Below, one piece after another: positions 25,169 through 41,746 of a DNA stretch of 64,000 bases. The stretch is from Owenia fusiformis (lineage: Eukaryota), in NCBI GenBank assembly GCA_903813345.2, contig CAIIXF020000001.1, forward strand, positions 24,862,001-24,926,000, in the 5' to 3' direction. Both the position numbers and the translations under genes were made by a program. The stretch's first letter is position 1. Each line of letters starts with the position of its first letter. The notes under the pieces were generated by a model. It made no database searches, was not told the DNA's origin, and saw nothing but the letters and a program-made list of their open reading frames with translations.

Positions 25169-28100
25169 CTACAGTTGATAATACAACAACTACAGTGGCT
25201 AGCACAACTACGGCTGATGCTACAACAACAGTTGCTGACGCAACTACAGTGGCTGGCGCAACTACGGCAGATACCACAGCAGCTGATGCTACAACTACAG
25301 TGGCTGACACAACTACAGGTGATGCTACTACAACAGTTGCTGATGCAACAACGGCTGATGTTACAACAACAGTAGCTGACACAACTACAGTGGCTGACGC
25401 AACTACGGCAGATACTACAGCAGCTGATGCCACAACTACAGTGGCTGACACAACTACAGCTGATGCTACCACAACAGTTGCTGACACAACTACAGTGGCT
25501 GACGTAACTACGGCAGATACTACAGCATCCGATGCTACAACAACAGTTGCTGACGCAACTACAGTTGCTGACACAACTACAGCTGATGCTACAACAACAG
25601 TTGCTGATGCAACAACGGCTGACGTTATAACAACAGTAGCTGACACAACTACAGTGGCTGACGCAACTACGGCAGATACGACAGCAGCTGATGCTACAAC
25701 TACAGTGGCTGACACAACCACAGCTGATGCTACAATAACAGTTGCTGATGCAACAACGACCGATGTTACAACAACAGTTGCTGACACAACTACAGTGGCT
25801 GACGCAACTACGGCAGATACTACAGCATCCGATGCTACAACAACAGTTGCTGACGCAACTACAGTTGCTGACACAACTACAGCTGATGCTACAACAACAG
25901 TTGCTGATGCAACAACGGCTGACGTTATAACAACAGTAGCTGACACAACTACAGTGGCTGGCGCAACTACGGCAGATACTACAGCAGCTGATGCTACAAG
26001 TACAGTGGCTGACACAACTACAGCTGATGCTACAACAACAGTTGCTGATGCAACAACGGCTGATGTTACAACAACAGTAGCTGACACAACTACAGTGGCT
26101 GACGCAACTACGGCAGATACTACAGCAGCTGATGCTACAACTACAGTGGCTGACACAACTACAGCTGATGCTACAACAACAGTTGCTGATGCAACGACGG
26201 CTGATGTAACAACAACAGTTGCTGACACAACTACAGTGGCTGACGCAACTACGGCAGATACTACAGCAGCTGATGCTACAACTACAGTGGCTGACACAAC
26301 TACAGCTGATGCTACAACAACAGTTGCTGATGCAACGACGGCTGATGTAACAACAACAGTTGCTGACACAACTACAGTGGCTGACGCAACTACGGCAGAT
26401 ACTACAGCAGGTGATGCTACAATCACAGTGGCTGACACAACTACAGCTGATGCTACAACAACAGTTGCTGATGCAACGACGGCTGATGTTACAACAACAG
26501 TAGCTGACACAACTACAGTGGCCGACGCAACTACGGCAGATACTACAGCAGCTGATGCTACAACTACAGTGGTTGAAACAACTACAGCTGATGCTACAAC
26601 AACAGTTGCTGATGTAACAACGGCTGATGTTACAACAACAGTTGCTGACATAACTACAGTGGCTGATACAACTACGGCAGAGACTACATCAGCTGATGCT
26701 ACAACTACAGTGGCTGACACAACTACAGCTGATGCTACAACAACAGTTACTGATGTAACAACGGCTGATGTTACAACAACAGTTGCTGACATAACTACAG
26801 TGGCTGATACAACTACGGCAGAGACTACAGCAGCTGATGCTACAACTACATTGGCTGACACAACTACAGCTGATGCTACAACAACGGTTGCTGATGCAAC
26901 AACGGCTGATGTTACAACAACAGTTGCTGACATAACTACAGTGGCTGACGCAACTACGGCAGATACTACAGCAGCTGATGCTACAACTACAGTGGCTGAC
27001 ACAACTACAGCTGATGCTACAACAACAGTTGCTGATGCAACAACGGCTGATGTTACAACAACAGTTGCTGAAACAACTACAGTGGCTGACGCAACTACGG
27101 CAGATACTACAGCAGCTGATGCTACAACTACAGTGGCTTACACAACTACAGCTGAGGCTACAACAACAGTTACTGATGCAACAACGGCTGATGTTACAAC
27201 AACAGTAGCTGACACAACTACAGTGGCTGACACAACTACGGCAGATACTACAGCAGCTGATGCTACAACAACAGTTGCTGATGCAACAACGTCTGATGTT
27301 TCAACAACAGTTGCTGACACAACTACAGTGGCTGACGCAACTACAGCTGATGCTACAACAACGGTTGCTGATGCAACAACGGCTGATGTTACAACAACAG
27401 TTGCTGACATAACTACAGTGGCTGATACAACTACGGCAGAGACTACAGCAGCTGATGCTACAACTACATTGGCTGACACAACTACAGCTGATGCTACAAC
27501 AACGGTTGCTGATGCAACAACGGCTGATGTTACAACAACAGTTGCTGACATAACTACAGTGGCTGACACAACTACAGCTGATGCTACAACAACGGTTGCT
27601 GATGCAACAACGGCTGATGTTACAACAACAGTTGCTGACATAACTACAGTGGCTGACGCAACTACGGCAGATACTACAGCAGCTGATGCTACAACTACAA
27701 TGGCTGACACAACTACAGCTGATGCTACAACAACAGTTGCTGATGCAACAACGGCTGATGTTACAACAACAGTTGCTGACACAACTACAGTGGCTGACGC
27801 AACTACGGCAGATACTACAGCAGCTGATGCTACAACTACAGTGGCTGACACAACTACAGCTGAGGCTACAACAACAGTTACTGATGCAACAACGGCTGAT
27901 GTTACAACAACAGTAGCTGACACAACTACAGTGGCTGACACAACTACGGCAGATACTACAGCAGCTGATGCTACAACTACAGTGGCTGACACAACTACGG
28001 CAGATACTACAGCAGCTGATGCTACAACAACAGTTGCTGATGCAACAACGGCTGATGTTTCAACAACAGTTGCTGACACAACTACAGTGGCTGACGCAAC

Positions 28101-31100
28101 TACAGCTGATGCTACAACAACAGTTGCTGATGCAACAACGGCTGATGTAACAACAACAGTTGCTGACACAACTACAGTGGCTGACGCCACTACGGCAGAT
28201 ACTACAGCATCTGATGCTACAACTACAGTGGCTGACACAACTACAGCTGACGCTACAACAACAGTTGCTGATGCAACAACGGCTGATGTTATAACAACAG
28301 TTGCTGACGCAACTACAGTTGCTGACACAACTACAGCTGATGCTACAACAACAGTTGCTGATGCAACAACGGCCGATGTTACAACAACAGTTGCTGACAC
28401 AACTACAGTGGCTGACGCAACTACGGCAGATACTACAGCAGCTGATGCTACAAGTACAGTGGCTGACACAACTACAGCTGATGCTACAGCAACAACGGCT
28501 GGTGTTACAACAACAGTAGCTGACACAACTACAGTGGCTGACGCAACTACGGCTGATACTACAGCAGCTGATGCTACAAGTACAGTGGCTGACACAACTA
28601 CAGCTGATGCTACAACAACAGTAGCTGACACAACTACAGTTGCTGACGGAACTACAGCTGATGCTACAACAACAGTTGCTGATGCAACAACGGGTGATGT
28701 TACAACAACAGTGGCTGACGCAACTACGGCAGATACTACAGCAGCTGATGCTACAAGTACAGTGGCTGACACAACTACAGCTGATGCTACAACAACAGTT
28801 GCTGGTGCAACAACGGCTGATGTTACAACAACAGTAGCTGACACAACTACAGTGGCTGACGCAACTACGGCAGATACTACAGCATCTGATGCTACAACTA
28901 CAGTGGCTGACACAACTACAGCTGACACTACAACAACAGTTGCTGATGCAACAACGGCTGATGTTACAACAACAGTTGCTGACGCAACTACAGTTGCTGA
29001 CACAACTACAGCTGATGCTTTAACAACAGTTGCTGATGCAACAACAGCTGATGTTACATCAACAGTTGCTGACACAACTACAGTGGCTGACGCAACTACG
29101 GCAGATACTACAGCAGCTGATGCTACAAGTACAGTGGCTGACACAACTACAGCTGATGCTACAACAACAGTTGCTGGTGCAACAACGGCTGATGTTACAA
29201 CAACAGTAGCTGACACAACTACAGTGGCTGACGCAACTACGGCAGATACTACAGCAGCTGATGCTACAAGTACAGTGGCTGACACAACTACAGCTGATGC
29301 TACAACAACAGTTGCTCATGCAACAACGGCTGATGTTACAACAACAGTAGCTGTCACAACTTCAGTGGCTGACGCAACTACGGCAGATACTACAGCAGCT
29401 GATGCTACAACTACAGTGGCTGACATAACTACAGCTGATGCTACAACAACAGTTGCTGATGCAACGACGACTGATGTTACAACAACAGTTGCTGACACAA
29501 CTACATTGGCTGACGCAACTACGGCAGATACTACAGCAACTGATGCTACAACTACAGTGGCTGACGCAACTACGGCAGATACTACAGCAGCTGATGCTAC
29601 AACAACAGTTGCTGATGCAACAACGGCTGATGTTTCAACAACAGTTGCTGACACAACTACAGTAGCTGACACAACTACAGCTGATGCTACAACAACAGTT
29701 GCTGATGCAACAACGGCTGATGTTACAACAACAGTTGCTGACACAACTACAGTGGCTGACACAACTACGGCAGATACTACAGTTGCTGATGCAACAACGG
29801 CTGATGTTACAACAACAGTAGCTGACACAACTACAGTGGCTGACACAACTACGGCAGATACTACAGCAACTGATGCTACAACTACAGTGGCTGACACAAC
29901 TACAGCTGATGCTACAACAACAGTTGCTGATGCAACAACGGCTGATGTTACAACAACAGTAGCTGACACAACTACAGTGGCTGACACAACTACAGCTGAT
30001 GCTACAACAACAGTTGCTGATGCAACAACGGCTGATGTTACAACAACAGAATCTGACACAACTACAGTTGCTGACGCAACTACGTCAGATACGACAGCAG
30101 CTGATGCTACAATTACAGTGGCTGACACAACTACAGCTGATGCTACAACAACAGTTGCTGATGCAACAACGGCTGATGTAACAACAACAGTAGCTGACAC
30201 AACTACAGTTGCTGACGGAACTACAGCTGATGCTACAACAACAGTTGCTGATGCAACAACGGCTGATGTTACAACAACAGTAGCTGACACAACTACAGTG
30301 GCTGACGCAACTACTGCAGATACGACAGCAGCTGATGCTACAACTACAGTGGCTGACACAACTACAGCTGATGCTACAACAACAGTTGCTGATGCAACAA
30401 CGGCTGATGTTACAACAACAGAAGCTGTCACAACTACAGTGGCAGACGCAACTACAGCAGATACTACAGCAGCTGATGCTACAATTACAGTGGCTGACAC
30501 AACTACAGCTGATGCTACAACAACAGTTGCTGGTTCAACAACGGCTGATGTTACAACAACAGTAGCTGACACAACTACAGTGGCTGACGCAACTACGGCA
30601 GATACTACAGCAGCTGATGCTACAAGTACAGTGGCTGACACAACTACAGCTGATGCTACAACAACAGTTGCTGATGCAACAACGGCTGATGTTACAACAA
30701 CAGTTGCTGACACAACTACAGTGGCTGACGCAACTACGGCAGATATTACAGCAGCTGATGCTACAACTACAGTGGCTGACACAACTACAGCTCATGCTAC
30801 AACAACAGTTGCTGATGCAACAATGGCTGATGTTACAACAACAGTAGCTGACACAACTACAGTGGCTGACGCAACTACGGCAGATACTACAGCATCTGAG
30901 GCTACAACTACAGTGGCTGACACAACTACAGCTGACGCTACAACAACAGTTGCTGATGCAACAACGGCTGATGTTACAACAACAGTTGCTGACGCAACTA
31001 CAGTTGGTGACACAACTACAGCTGATGCTTTAACAACAGTTGCTGAGGCAACAACGGCTGATGTTACAACAACAGTTGCTGACACAACTACAGTGGCTGA

Positions 31101-34100
31101 CGCAACTACGGCAGATACTACAGCAGCTGATGCTACAAGTACAGTGGCTGACACAACTACAGCTGATGATACAACAACAGTTGCTGGTGCAACAACGGCT
31201 GATGTTACAACAACAGTAGCTGACACAACTACAGTGGCTGACACAACTACGGCAGATACTACAGCAACTGATGCTACAACTACAGTGGCTGACACAACTA
31301 CAGCTGATGCTACAACAACAGTTGCTGATGCAACAACGGCTGATGTTACAACAACAGTAGCTGACACAACTACAGTGGCTGACACAACTACGGCAGATAC
31401 TACAGCAGCTGATGCTACAACAACAGTTGCTGATGCAACAACGGCTGATGTTTCAACAACAGTTGCTGACACAACTACAGTGGCTGACACAACTACAGCT
31501 GATGCTACAACAACAGTTGCTGATGCAACAATGGCTGATGTTACAACAACAGTTGCTGACACAACTACAGTGGCTGACGCAACTACGGCAGATACTACAG
31601 TTGCTGATGCAACAACGGCTGATGTTACAACAACAGTAGCTGACACAACTACAGTGGCTGACGCAACTACGGCAGATACTACAGCAGCTGATGCTACAAC
31701 TACAGTGGCTGACACAACTACAGCTGATGCTACAACAACAGTTGCTGATGCAACAACGGCTGATGTTACAACAACAGTTGCTGACATAACTACAGTGGCT
31801 GACGCAACTACGGCAGATACTACAGCAGCTGATGCTACAAGCACAGTGGCTGACACAACTACAGCTGATGCTACAACAACAGTTGCTGATGCAACAACGG
31901 CTGATGATACAACAACAGTAGCTGACACAACTACAGTGGCTGACGCAACTACGGCAGATACTACAGCAGCTGATGCTACAACTACAGGGGCTGACACAAC
32001 TACAGCTGATGCTACAACAACAGTTGCTGATGCAACAACGGCTGATGTTACAACAACAGAGTCTGACACAACTACAGTTGCTGACGCAACTACGGCAGAT
32101 ACGACAGCAGCTGATGCTACAACTACAGTGGCTGACACAACTACAGCTGATGCTACAACAACAGTTGCTGATGCAACAACGGCTGATGTAACAACAACAG
32201 TAGCTGACACAACTACAGTTGCTGACGGAACTACAGCTGATGCTACAACAACAGTTGCTGATGCAACAACGGCTGATGTTACAACAACAGTAGCTGACAC
32301 AACTACAGTGGCTGACGCAACTACGGCAGATACGACAGCAGCTGATGCTACAACTACAGTGGCTGACACAACTACAGCTGATGCTACAACAACAGTTGCT
32401 GATGCAACAACGGCTGATGTTACAACAACAGTAGCTGTCACAACTACAGTGGCTGACGCAACTACGGCAGATACTACAGCAGCTGATGCTACAATTACAG
32501 TGGCTGACACAACTACAGCTGATGCTACAACAACAGTTGCTGGTGCAACAACGGCTGATGTTACAACAACAGTAGCTGACACAACTACAGTGGCTGACGC
32601 AACTACGGCAGATACTACAGCAGCTGATGCTACAAGTACAGTGGCTGACACAACTACAGCTGATGCTACAACAACAGTTGCTGATGCAACAACGGCTGAT
32701 GTTACAACAACAGTTGCTGACACAACTACAGTGGCTGACGCAACTACGGCAGATACTACAGCAGCTGATGCTACAACTACAGTGGCTGACACAACTACAG
32801 CTCATGCTACAACAACAGTTGCTGATGCAACAACGGCTGATGTTACAACAACAGTAGCTGACACAACTACAGTGGCTGGCGCAACTACGGCAGATACTAC
32901 AGGATCTGATGCTACAACTACAGTGGCTGACACAACTACAGCTGACGCTACAACAACAGTTGCTGATGCAACAACGGCTGATGTTACAACAACAGTTGCT
33001 GACGCAACTACAGTTGCTGACACAACTACAGCTGATGCTTTAACAACAGTTGCTGATGCAACAACGGCTGATGTTACAACAACAGTTGCTGACACAACTA
33101 CAGTGGCTGACGCAACTACGGCAGATACTACAGCAGCTGATGCTACAAGTACAGTGGCTGACACAACTACAGCTGATGCTACAACAACAGTTGCTGGTGC
33201 AACAACGGCTGATGTTACAACAACAGTAGCTGACACAACTACAGTGGCTGACGCAACTACGGCAGATACTACAGCAGCTGATGCTACAACTACAGTGGCT
33301 GACACAACTACAGCTGATGCTACAACAACAGTTGCTGATGCAACAACGGCTGATGTTACAACAACAGTTGCTGACATAACTACAGTGGCTGACGCAACTA
33401 CGGCAGATACTACAGCAGCTGATGCTACAAGCACAGTGGCTGACACAACTACAGCTGATGCTACAACGACAGTTGCTGATGCAACAACGGCTGATGTTAC
33501 ATCAACAGTAGCTGGCACAACTACAGTGGCTGACGCAACTACGGCATATACTACAGCAGCTGATGCTACAACTACAGGGGCTGACACAACTACAGCTGAT
33601 GCTACAACAACAGTTGCTGATGCAACAACGGCTGATGTTACAACAACAGAATCTGACACAACTACAGTTGCTGACGCAACTACGGCAGATACGACAGCAG
33701 CTGATGCTACAACTACAGTGGCTGACACAACTACAGCTGATGCTACAACAACAGTTGCTGATGCAACAACAGCTGATGTAACAACAACAGTAGCTGACAC
33801 AACTTCAGTTGCTGACAGAACTACAGCTGATGCTACAACAACAGTTGCTGATGCAACAGCGGCTGATGTTACAACAACAGTAGCTGACACAACTACAGTG
33901 GCTGACGCAACTACGGCAGATACGACAGCAGCTGATGCTACAAGTACAGTGGCTGACACAACTACAGCTGATGCTACAACAACAGTTGGTGATGCAACAA
34001 CGGCTGATGTTACAACAACAGTAGCTGTCACAACTACAGTGGCTGACGCAACTACGGCAGATACTACAGCAGCTGATGCTACAACTACAGTGGCTGACAC

Positions 34101-37100
34101 AACTACAGCTGATGCTACAACAACAGTTGCTGATGCAACGACGACTGATGTTACAACAACAGTTGCTGACACAACTACAGTGGCTGACGCAACTACGGCA
34201 GATACTACAGCAACTGATGCTACAACTACAGTGGCTGACACAACTACAGCTGATGCTACAACAACGGTTGCTGATGCAACAACGGCTGATGTTACAACAA
34301 CAGTTGCTGACACAACTACAGTGGCTGACGCAACTACAGCAGATACTACAGTAGCTGATGCTACAAGTACAGTGGCTGACACAACTACAGCTGATGCTAC
34401 AACAACAGTTGCGGGTGCAACAACGGCTGATGTTACATCAACAGTAGCTGACACAACTACAGTGGCTGACGTAACTACGGCAGATACTACAGCAGCTGAT
34501 GCTACAAGTACAGTGGCTGACACAACTACAGCTGATGCTACAACAACGGTTGCTGATGCAACAACGGCTGATGTTACAACAACAGTTGCTGACACAACTA
34601 CAGTGGCTGACGCAACTACGGCAGATACTACAGCAGCTGATGCTACAACTACAGTTGCTGACACAACTACAGTGGCTGACACAACTACAGCTGATGCTAC
34701 AATAACAGTTGCTGATGCAACAACGGCTGATGTTACAACAACAGTAGCTGACACAACTACAGCTGATGCTACAACAACAGTTGCTGATGCAACAACGGCT
34801 GATGTTACAACAACAGTAGCTGACACAACTACAGTGGCTGACACAACTACGGCAGATACTACAGCAGCTGATGCTACAACAACAGTTGCTGATGCAACAA
34901 CGACTGATGTTTCAACAACAGTTGCTGACACAACTACAGTGGCTGACACAACTACAGCTGATGCTACAACAACAGTTGCTGATGCAACAATGGCTGATGT
35001 TACAACAACAGTTGCTGACACAACTACAGTGGCTGACGCAACTACGGCAGATACTACAGTTGCTGATGCAACAACGGCTGATGTTACAACAACAGTTGCT
35101 GACACAACTACAGTGGCTGACACAACTACAGCTGATGCTACAATAACAGTTGCTGATGAAACAACGGCTGATGTTACAACAACAGTAGCTGACACAACTA
35201 CAGTGGCTGACGCAACTACAGCAGATACTACAGTAGCTGATGCTACAAGTACAGTGGCTGACACAACTACAGCTGATGCTACAACAACAGTTACTGATGC
35301 AACAACGGCTGATGTTACAACAACAGTAGCTGACACAACTACAGTGGCTGACGCAACTACGGCAGATACTACAGCAGCTGATGCTACAACTACAGTGGCT
35401 GACACAACTACAGCTGATGCTACAACAACAGTTGCTGATGCAACAACGGCTGATCTTACAACAACAGTAGCTGACACAACTACAGTGGCTGACGCAACTA
35501 CGGCAGATACTACAGCAGCTAATGCTACAACAACAGTGGCTGACACAACTACAGTGGCTGACGCAACTACGGCAGATACTACAGCAGCTGATGCTACAAC
35601 TACAGTGGCTGACACAACTACAGCTGATGCAACAACAACAGTTGCTGATGCTACAACGGCTGATGTTACAACAACAGTAGCTGACACAACTACAGTGGCT
35701 GACGCAACTACGGCAGATACTACAGCAGCTGATGCTACAACTACAGTGGCTGACACAACTACAGCTGATGCTACAACAACAGTTGCTGATGCAACAACGG
35801 CTGATGTTACAACAACAGTAGCTGACACAACTACAGTGGCTGACGCAACTACGGCAGATACTACAGCAGCTGATGCTACAACTACAGTGGCTGACACAAC
35901 TACAGCTGATGCTACAACAACAGTTGCTGACACAACTACAGTGGCTGAAGCAACTACGGCAGATACTACAGCAGCTGATGCTACAACTACAGTGGCTGAT
36001 ACAACTACAGCTGATGCTACAACAACAGTTGCTGATGCAACAACGGCTGATGTTACAACAACAGTAGCTGACACAACTACAGTGGCTGACGCAACTACGG
36101 CAGATACTACAGCAGCTGATGCTACAACTACAGTGGCTGACACAACTACAGCTGATGCTACAACAACAGTTGCTGATGCAACAACGGCTGATGTTACAAC
36201 AACAGTAGCTGACACAACTACAGTGGCTGACGCAACTACGGCAGATACTACAGCAGCTGATGCTACAACTACAGTGGCTGACACAACTACAGCTGATGCT
36301 ACAACAACAGTTGCTGATGCAACAACGGCTGATGTTACAACAACAGTAGCTGGCACAACTACAGTGGCTGACGCAACTACGGCAGATACTACAGCAGTTG
36401 ATGCTACAACTACAGTGGCTGACACAACAATAGCTGATGCTACAACAACTTTTGCTGATGCTACAACGGCTGATGTTACAACAACAGTAGCTGACACAAC
36501 TACAGTGGCTGACGCAACTACGGCAGATACTACAGCAGCTGATGCTACAACTACAGTGGCTGACACAACTACAGCTGATGCTACAACAACAGTTGCTGAT
36601 GCAACAACGGCTGATGTTACAACAACAGTAGCTGACACAACTACAGTGGCTGACGCAACTATGGCAGATACTACAGCAGCTGATGCTACAACTACAGTGG
36701 CTGACACAACTACAGCTGATGCTACAACAACAGTTGCTGATGCAACAACGGCTGATGTTACAACAACAGTAGCTGACACAACTATAGTGGCTGACGCAAC
36801 TACGGCAGATACTACAGCTGCTGATGCTACAACAACAGAGGCTGACACATTTTCAGGTGATGCTACAACAACAGTTGCTGATGCAACAACGGCTGATGTT
36901 ACAACAACAGTAGCTGACACAACTACAGTGGCGGACGCAACTACGGCAGATACTACAGCAGCTGATGCTACAACTACAGTGGCTGACACAACTACAGCTG
37001 ATGCTACAACAACAGTTGCTGATGCAACAACGGCTGATGCTACAACAACAGTAGCTGACACAACTACAGTGGCTGACGCAACTACGGCAGATACTACAGC

Positions 37101-40100
37101 AGCTGATGCTACAACAACAGAGGCTGACACAACTACAGTGGCTGACGCAACTACGGCAGATACTACAGCAGCTGATGCTACAACTACAGTGGCTGACACA
37201 ACTACAGCTGATGCTACAACAACAGTTGCTGATGCTACAACGGCTGATGTTACAACAACAGTAGCTGACACAACTACAGTGGCTGACGCAACTACGGCAG
37301 ATACTACAGCAGCTGATGCTACAACTACAGTGGCTGACACAACTACAGCTGATGCTACAACAACAGTTGCTGATGCAACAACGGCTGATGTTACAACAAC
37401 AGTAGCTGACACAACTACAGTGGCTGACGCAACTACGGCAGATACTACAGCAGCTGATGCTACAACTACAGTGGCTGACACAACTACAGCTGATGCTACA
37501 ACAACAGTTGCTGACACAACTACAATGGCTGAAGCAACTACGGCAGATACTACAGCAGCTGATGCTACAACTACAGTGGCTGATACAACTACAGCTGATG
37601 CTACAACAACAGTTGCTGATGCAACAACGGCTGATGTTACAACAACAGTAGCTGACACAACTACAGTGGCTGACGCAACTACGGCAGATACTACAGCAGC
37701 TGATGCTACAACTACAGTGGCTGACACAACTACAGCTGATGCTACAACAACAGTTGCTGATGCAACAACGGCTGATGTTACAACAACAGTAGCTGACACA
37801 ACTACAGTGGCTGACGCAACTACGGCAGATACTACAGCAGCTGATGCTACAACTACAGTGGCTGACACAACTACAGCTGATGCTACAACAACAGTTGCTG
37901 ATGCAACAACGGCTGATGTTACAACAACAGTAGCTGGCACAACTACAGTGGCTGACGCAACTACGGCAGATACTACAGCAGCTGATGCTACAACTACAGT
38001 GGCTGACACAACAATAGCTGATGCTACAACAACTTTTGCTGATGCTACAACGGCTGATGTTACAACAACAGTAGCTGACACAACTACAGTGGCTGACGCA
38101 ACTACGGCAGATACTACAGCAGCTGATGCTACAACTACAGTGGCTGACACAACTACAGCTGATGCTACAACAACAGTTGCTGACACAACTACAGTGGCTG
38201 ATGCAACTACGGCAGATACTACAGCAGCTGATGCTACAACTACAGTGGCTGATACAACAATAGCTGATGCTACAACAACTTTTGCTGATGCTACAACGGC
38301 TGATGTTACAACAACAGTAGCTGACACAACTACAGTGGCTGACGCAACTACGGCAGATACTACAGCAGCTGATGCTACAACTACAGTGGCTGACACAACT
38401 ACAGCTGATGCTACAACAACAGTTGCTGATGCAACAACGGCTGATGTTACAACAACAGTAGCTGACACAACTACAGTGGCTGACGCAACTATGGCAGATA
38501 CTACAGCAGCTGATGCTACAACTACAGTGGCTGACACAACTACAGCTGATGCTACAACAACAGTTGCTGATGCAACAACGGCTGGTGTTACAACAACAGT
38601 AGCTGACACAACTACAGTGGCTGACGCAACTACGGCAGATACTACAGCAGCTGATGCTACAACAACAGAGGCTGACACATTTTCAGGTGATGCTACAACA
38701 ACAGTTGCTGATGCAACAACGGCTGATGTTACAACAACAGTAGCTGGCACAACTACAGTGGCTGACGCAACTACGGCAGATACTACAGCAGCTGATGCTA
38801 CAACTACAGTGGCTGACACAACAATAGCTGATGCTACAACAACTTTTGCTGATGCTACAACGGCTGATGTTACAACAACAGTAGCTGACACAACTACAGT
38901 GGCTGACGCAACTACGGCAGATACTACAGCAGCTGATGCTACAACTACAGTGGCTGACACAACTACAGCTGATGCTACAACAACAGTTGCTGATGCAAAA
39001 ACGGCTGATGTTACAACAACAGTAGCTGACACAACTACAGTGGCTGACGCAACTACGGCAGATACTACAGCAGCTGATGCTACAACTACAGTGGCTGACA
39101 CAACTACAGCTGATGCTACAACAACAGTTGCTGATGCAACAACGGCTGATGTTACAACAACAGTAGCTGGCACAACTACAGTGGCTGACGCAACTACGGC
39201 AGATACTACAGCAGCTGATGCTACAACTACAGTGACTGACACAACAACAGCTGATGCTACAACAACTTTTGCTGATGCTACAACGGCTGATGTTACAACA
39301 ACAGTAGCTGACACAACTACAGTGGCTGACGCAACTACGGCAGATACTACAGCAGCTGATGCTTCAACTACAGTGGCTGACACAACTACAGCTGATGCTA
39401 CAACAACAGTTGCTGATGCAACAACGGCTGATGTTACAACAACAGTAGCTGGCACAACTACAGTGGCTGACGCAACTACGGCAGATACTACAGCAGCTGA
39501 TGCTACAACAACAGAGGCTGACACATTTTCAGGTGATGCTACAACAACAGTTGCTGATGCAACAACGGCTGATGTTACAACAACAGTAGCTGACACAACT
39601 ACAGTGGCTGACGCAACTACGGCAGATACTACAGCAGCTGATGCTACAACTACAGTGGCTGACACAACTACAGCTGATGCTACAACAACAGTTCCTGATG
39701 CAACAACGGCTGATGTTACAACAACAGTAGCTGACACAACTACAGTGGCTGACGCAACTACGGCAGATACAACAGCAGCTGATGCTACAACAACAGAGGC
39801 TGACACATTTTCAGGTGATGCTACAACAACAGTTGCTGATGCAACAACGGCTGATGTTACAACAACAGTAGCTGACACAACTACAGTGGCTGATGCAACT
39901 ACGGCAGATACTACAGCAGCTGATGCTACAACTACAGTGGCTGACACAACTACAGCTGATGCTACAACAACAGTTGCTGATGCAACAACGGCTGATGTTA
40001 CAACAACAGTAGCTGACACAACTACAGTGGCTGACGCAACTACGGCAGATACTACAGCAGCTGATGCTACAACTACAGTGGCTGACACAACTACAGCTGA

Positions 40101-41662
40101 TGCTACAACAACAGTTGCTGATGCAACAACGGCTGATGCTACAACAACAGTAGCTGACACAACTACAGTGGCTGACGCAACTACAGCTGATGCTACAACA
40201 ACAGTTGCTGATGCAACAACGGCTGATGTTACAACAACAGTAGCTGACACAACTACAGTGGCTGACGCAACTACGGCAGATACTACAGCAGCTGATGCTA
40301 CAAGTACAGTGGCTGACACAACTACAGCTGATGCTACAACAACGGTTGCTGATGCAACAACGGCTGATGTTACAACAACAGTTGCTCACACAACTACAGT
40401 GGCTGACCTAACTTCGGCAGATACTACAGCAGCTGATACCACAAGTACAGTGGCAGACACATCTACAGCTGATGCTACAACAACAGGTGCTGATGCAACA
40501 ACAGCTGATGTTACAACAACAGTAGCTGACACAACTACTGTGGCTTACGCAACTACGGCAGATACTACAGCAGCTGATGCTACAAGTACAGTGGCTGACA
40601 CAACTACAGCTGATGCTACAACAACAGTTGCTGATGCAACAACGGCTGATGTTACAACAGCAGTTGCTGACACAACTACAGTGGCTGACGCAATGACGGC
40701 AGATACTACAGCAGCTGATGCTACAAGTACAGTGGCTGACACAACTACAGCTGATGCTACAACAACAGTTGCTGATGCAACAACGGCTGATGTTACAACA
40801 ACAGTAGCTGACACAACTACAGTGGCTGACGCAACTACGGCAGATACTACAGCAGCTGATGCTACAACTACAGTGGCTGACACAACTGCAGCTGATGCTA
40901 CAACAACAGTTGCTGATGCAACAACGGCTGATGTTACAACAGCAGTTGCTGACACAACTACAGTGGCTGACGCAACTACGGCAGATTCTACAGCAGCTGA
41001 TGCTACAAGTACAGTGGCTGACACAACTACAGCTGATGCTACAACAACAGTTGCTGATGCAACAACGGCTGATGTTACAACAACAGTAGCTGACACAACT
41101 ACAGTGGCTGACGCAACTACGGCAGATACTACAGCAGCTGATGCTACAACTACAGTGGCTGACACAACTGCACCTGATGCTACAACAACAGTTGCTGATG
41201 CAACAACGGCTGATGTTACAACAACAGTTGCTGACACAACTACAGTGGCTGACGCAACTACGGCAGATACTACAGCAGCTGATGCTACAACAACAGTTGC
41301 TGATTCAACAACGGCTGATGTTACAACAACAGTAGCTGACACAACTACAGTGGCTGACGCAACTACGGCAGAAACTACAGCAGCTGATGCTACAACTACA
41401 GTGGCTGACACAACAACAGCTGATGCTACAACAACAGTTGCTGATGCAACAACGGCTGATGTTACAACAACAGTTGCTGACACATCTACAGTGGCTGACG
41501 CAACTACGGCAGATACTACAGCAGCTGATGCTATAAGTACAGTGGCTGACACAACTACAGCTGATGCTACAACAACAGTTGCTGATGCAACAACGGCTGA
41601 TGTTACAACAACAGTAGCTGACACAACTACAGTGGCTGACGCAACTACGGCAGCTTCTACAG
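25169..41662 (+). CDS. Giant coding exon A (~5,498 codons) of a mucin-like Thr/Ala/Asp/Val repeat protein
   Basis: The 5523-aa ORF has no stops or frameshifts. The acceptor CATTTCTTACAG (25168) lies exactly where the repeat begins (phase 1). A candidate donor, ACAG|GTACAA (41662/41663), lies where it ends (phase 1, weak). The 141-bp unit encodes ADATTTV-ADATT-ADVTTTV-ADTTTV-ADATT-ADTTA-ADATTTV-ADTTT. Confidence 0.8.
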
Positions 41663-41746
41663 GTACAAGTTCAGGGAATAATGCTCTCATTCGAAAGTTT
41701 ATATTTTTAATGAAATTTTCACATAACATCCAAAATATCTTGTTAT

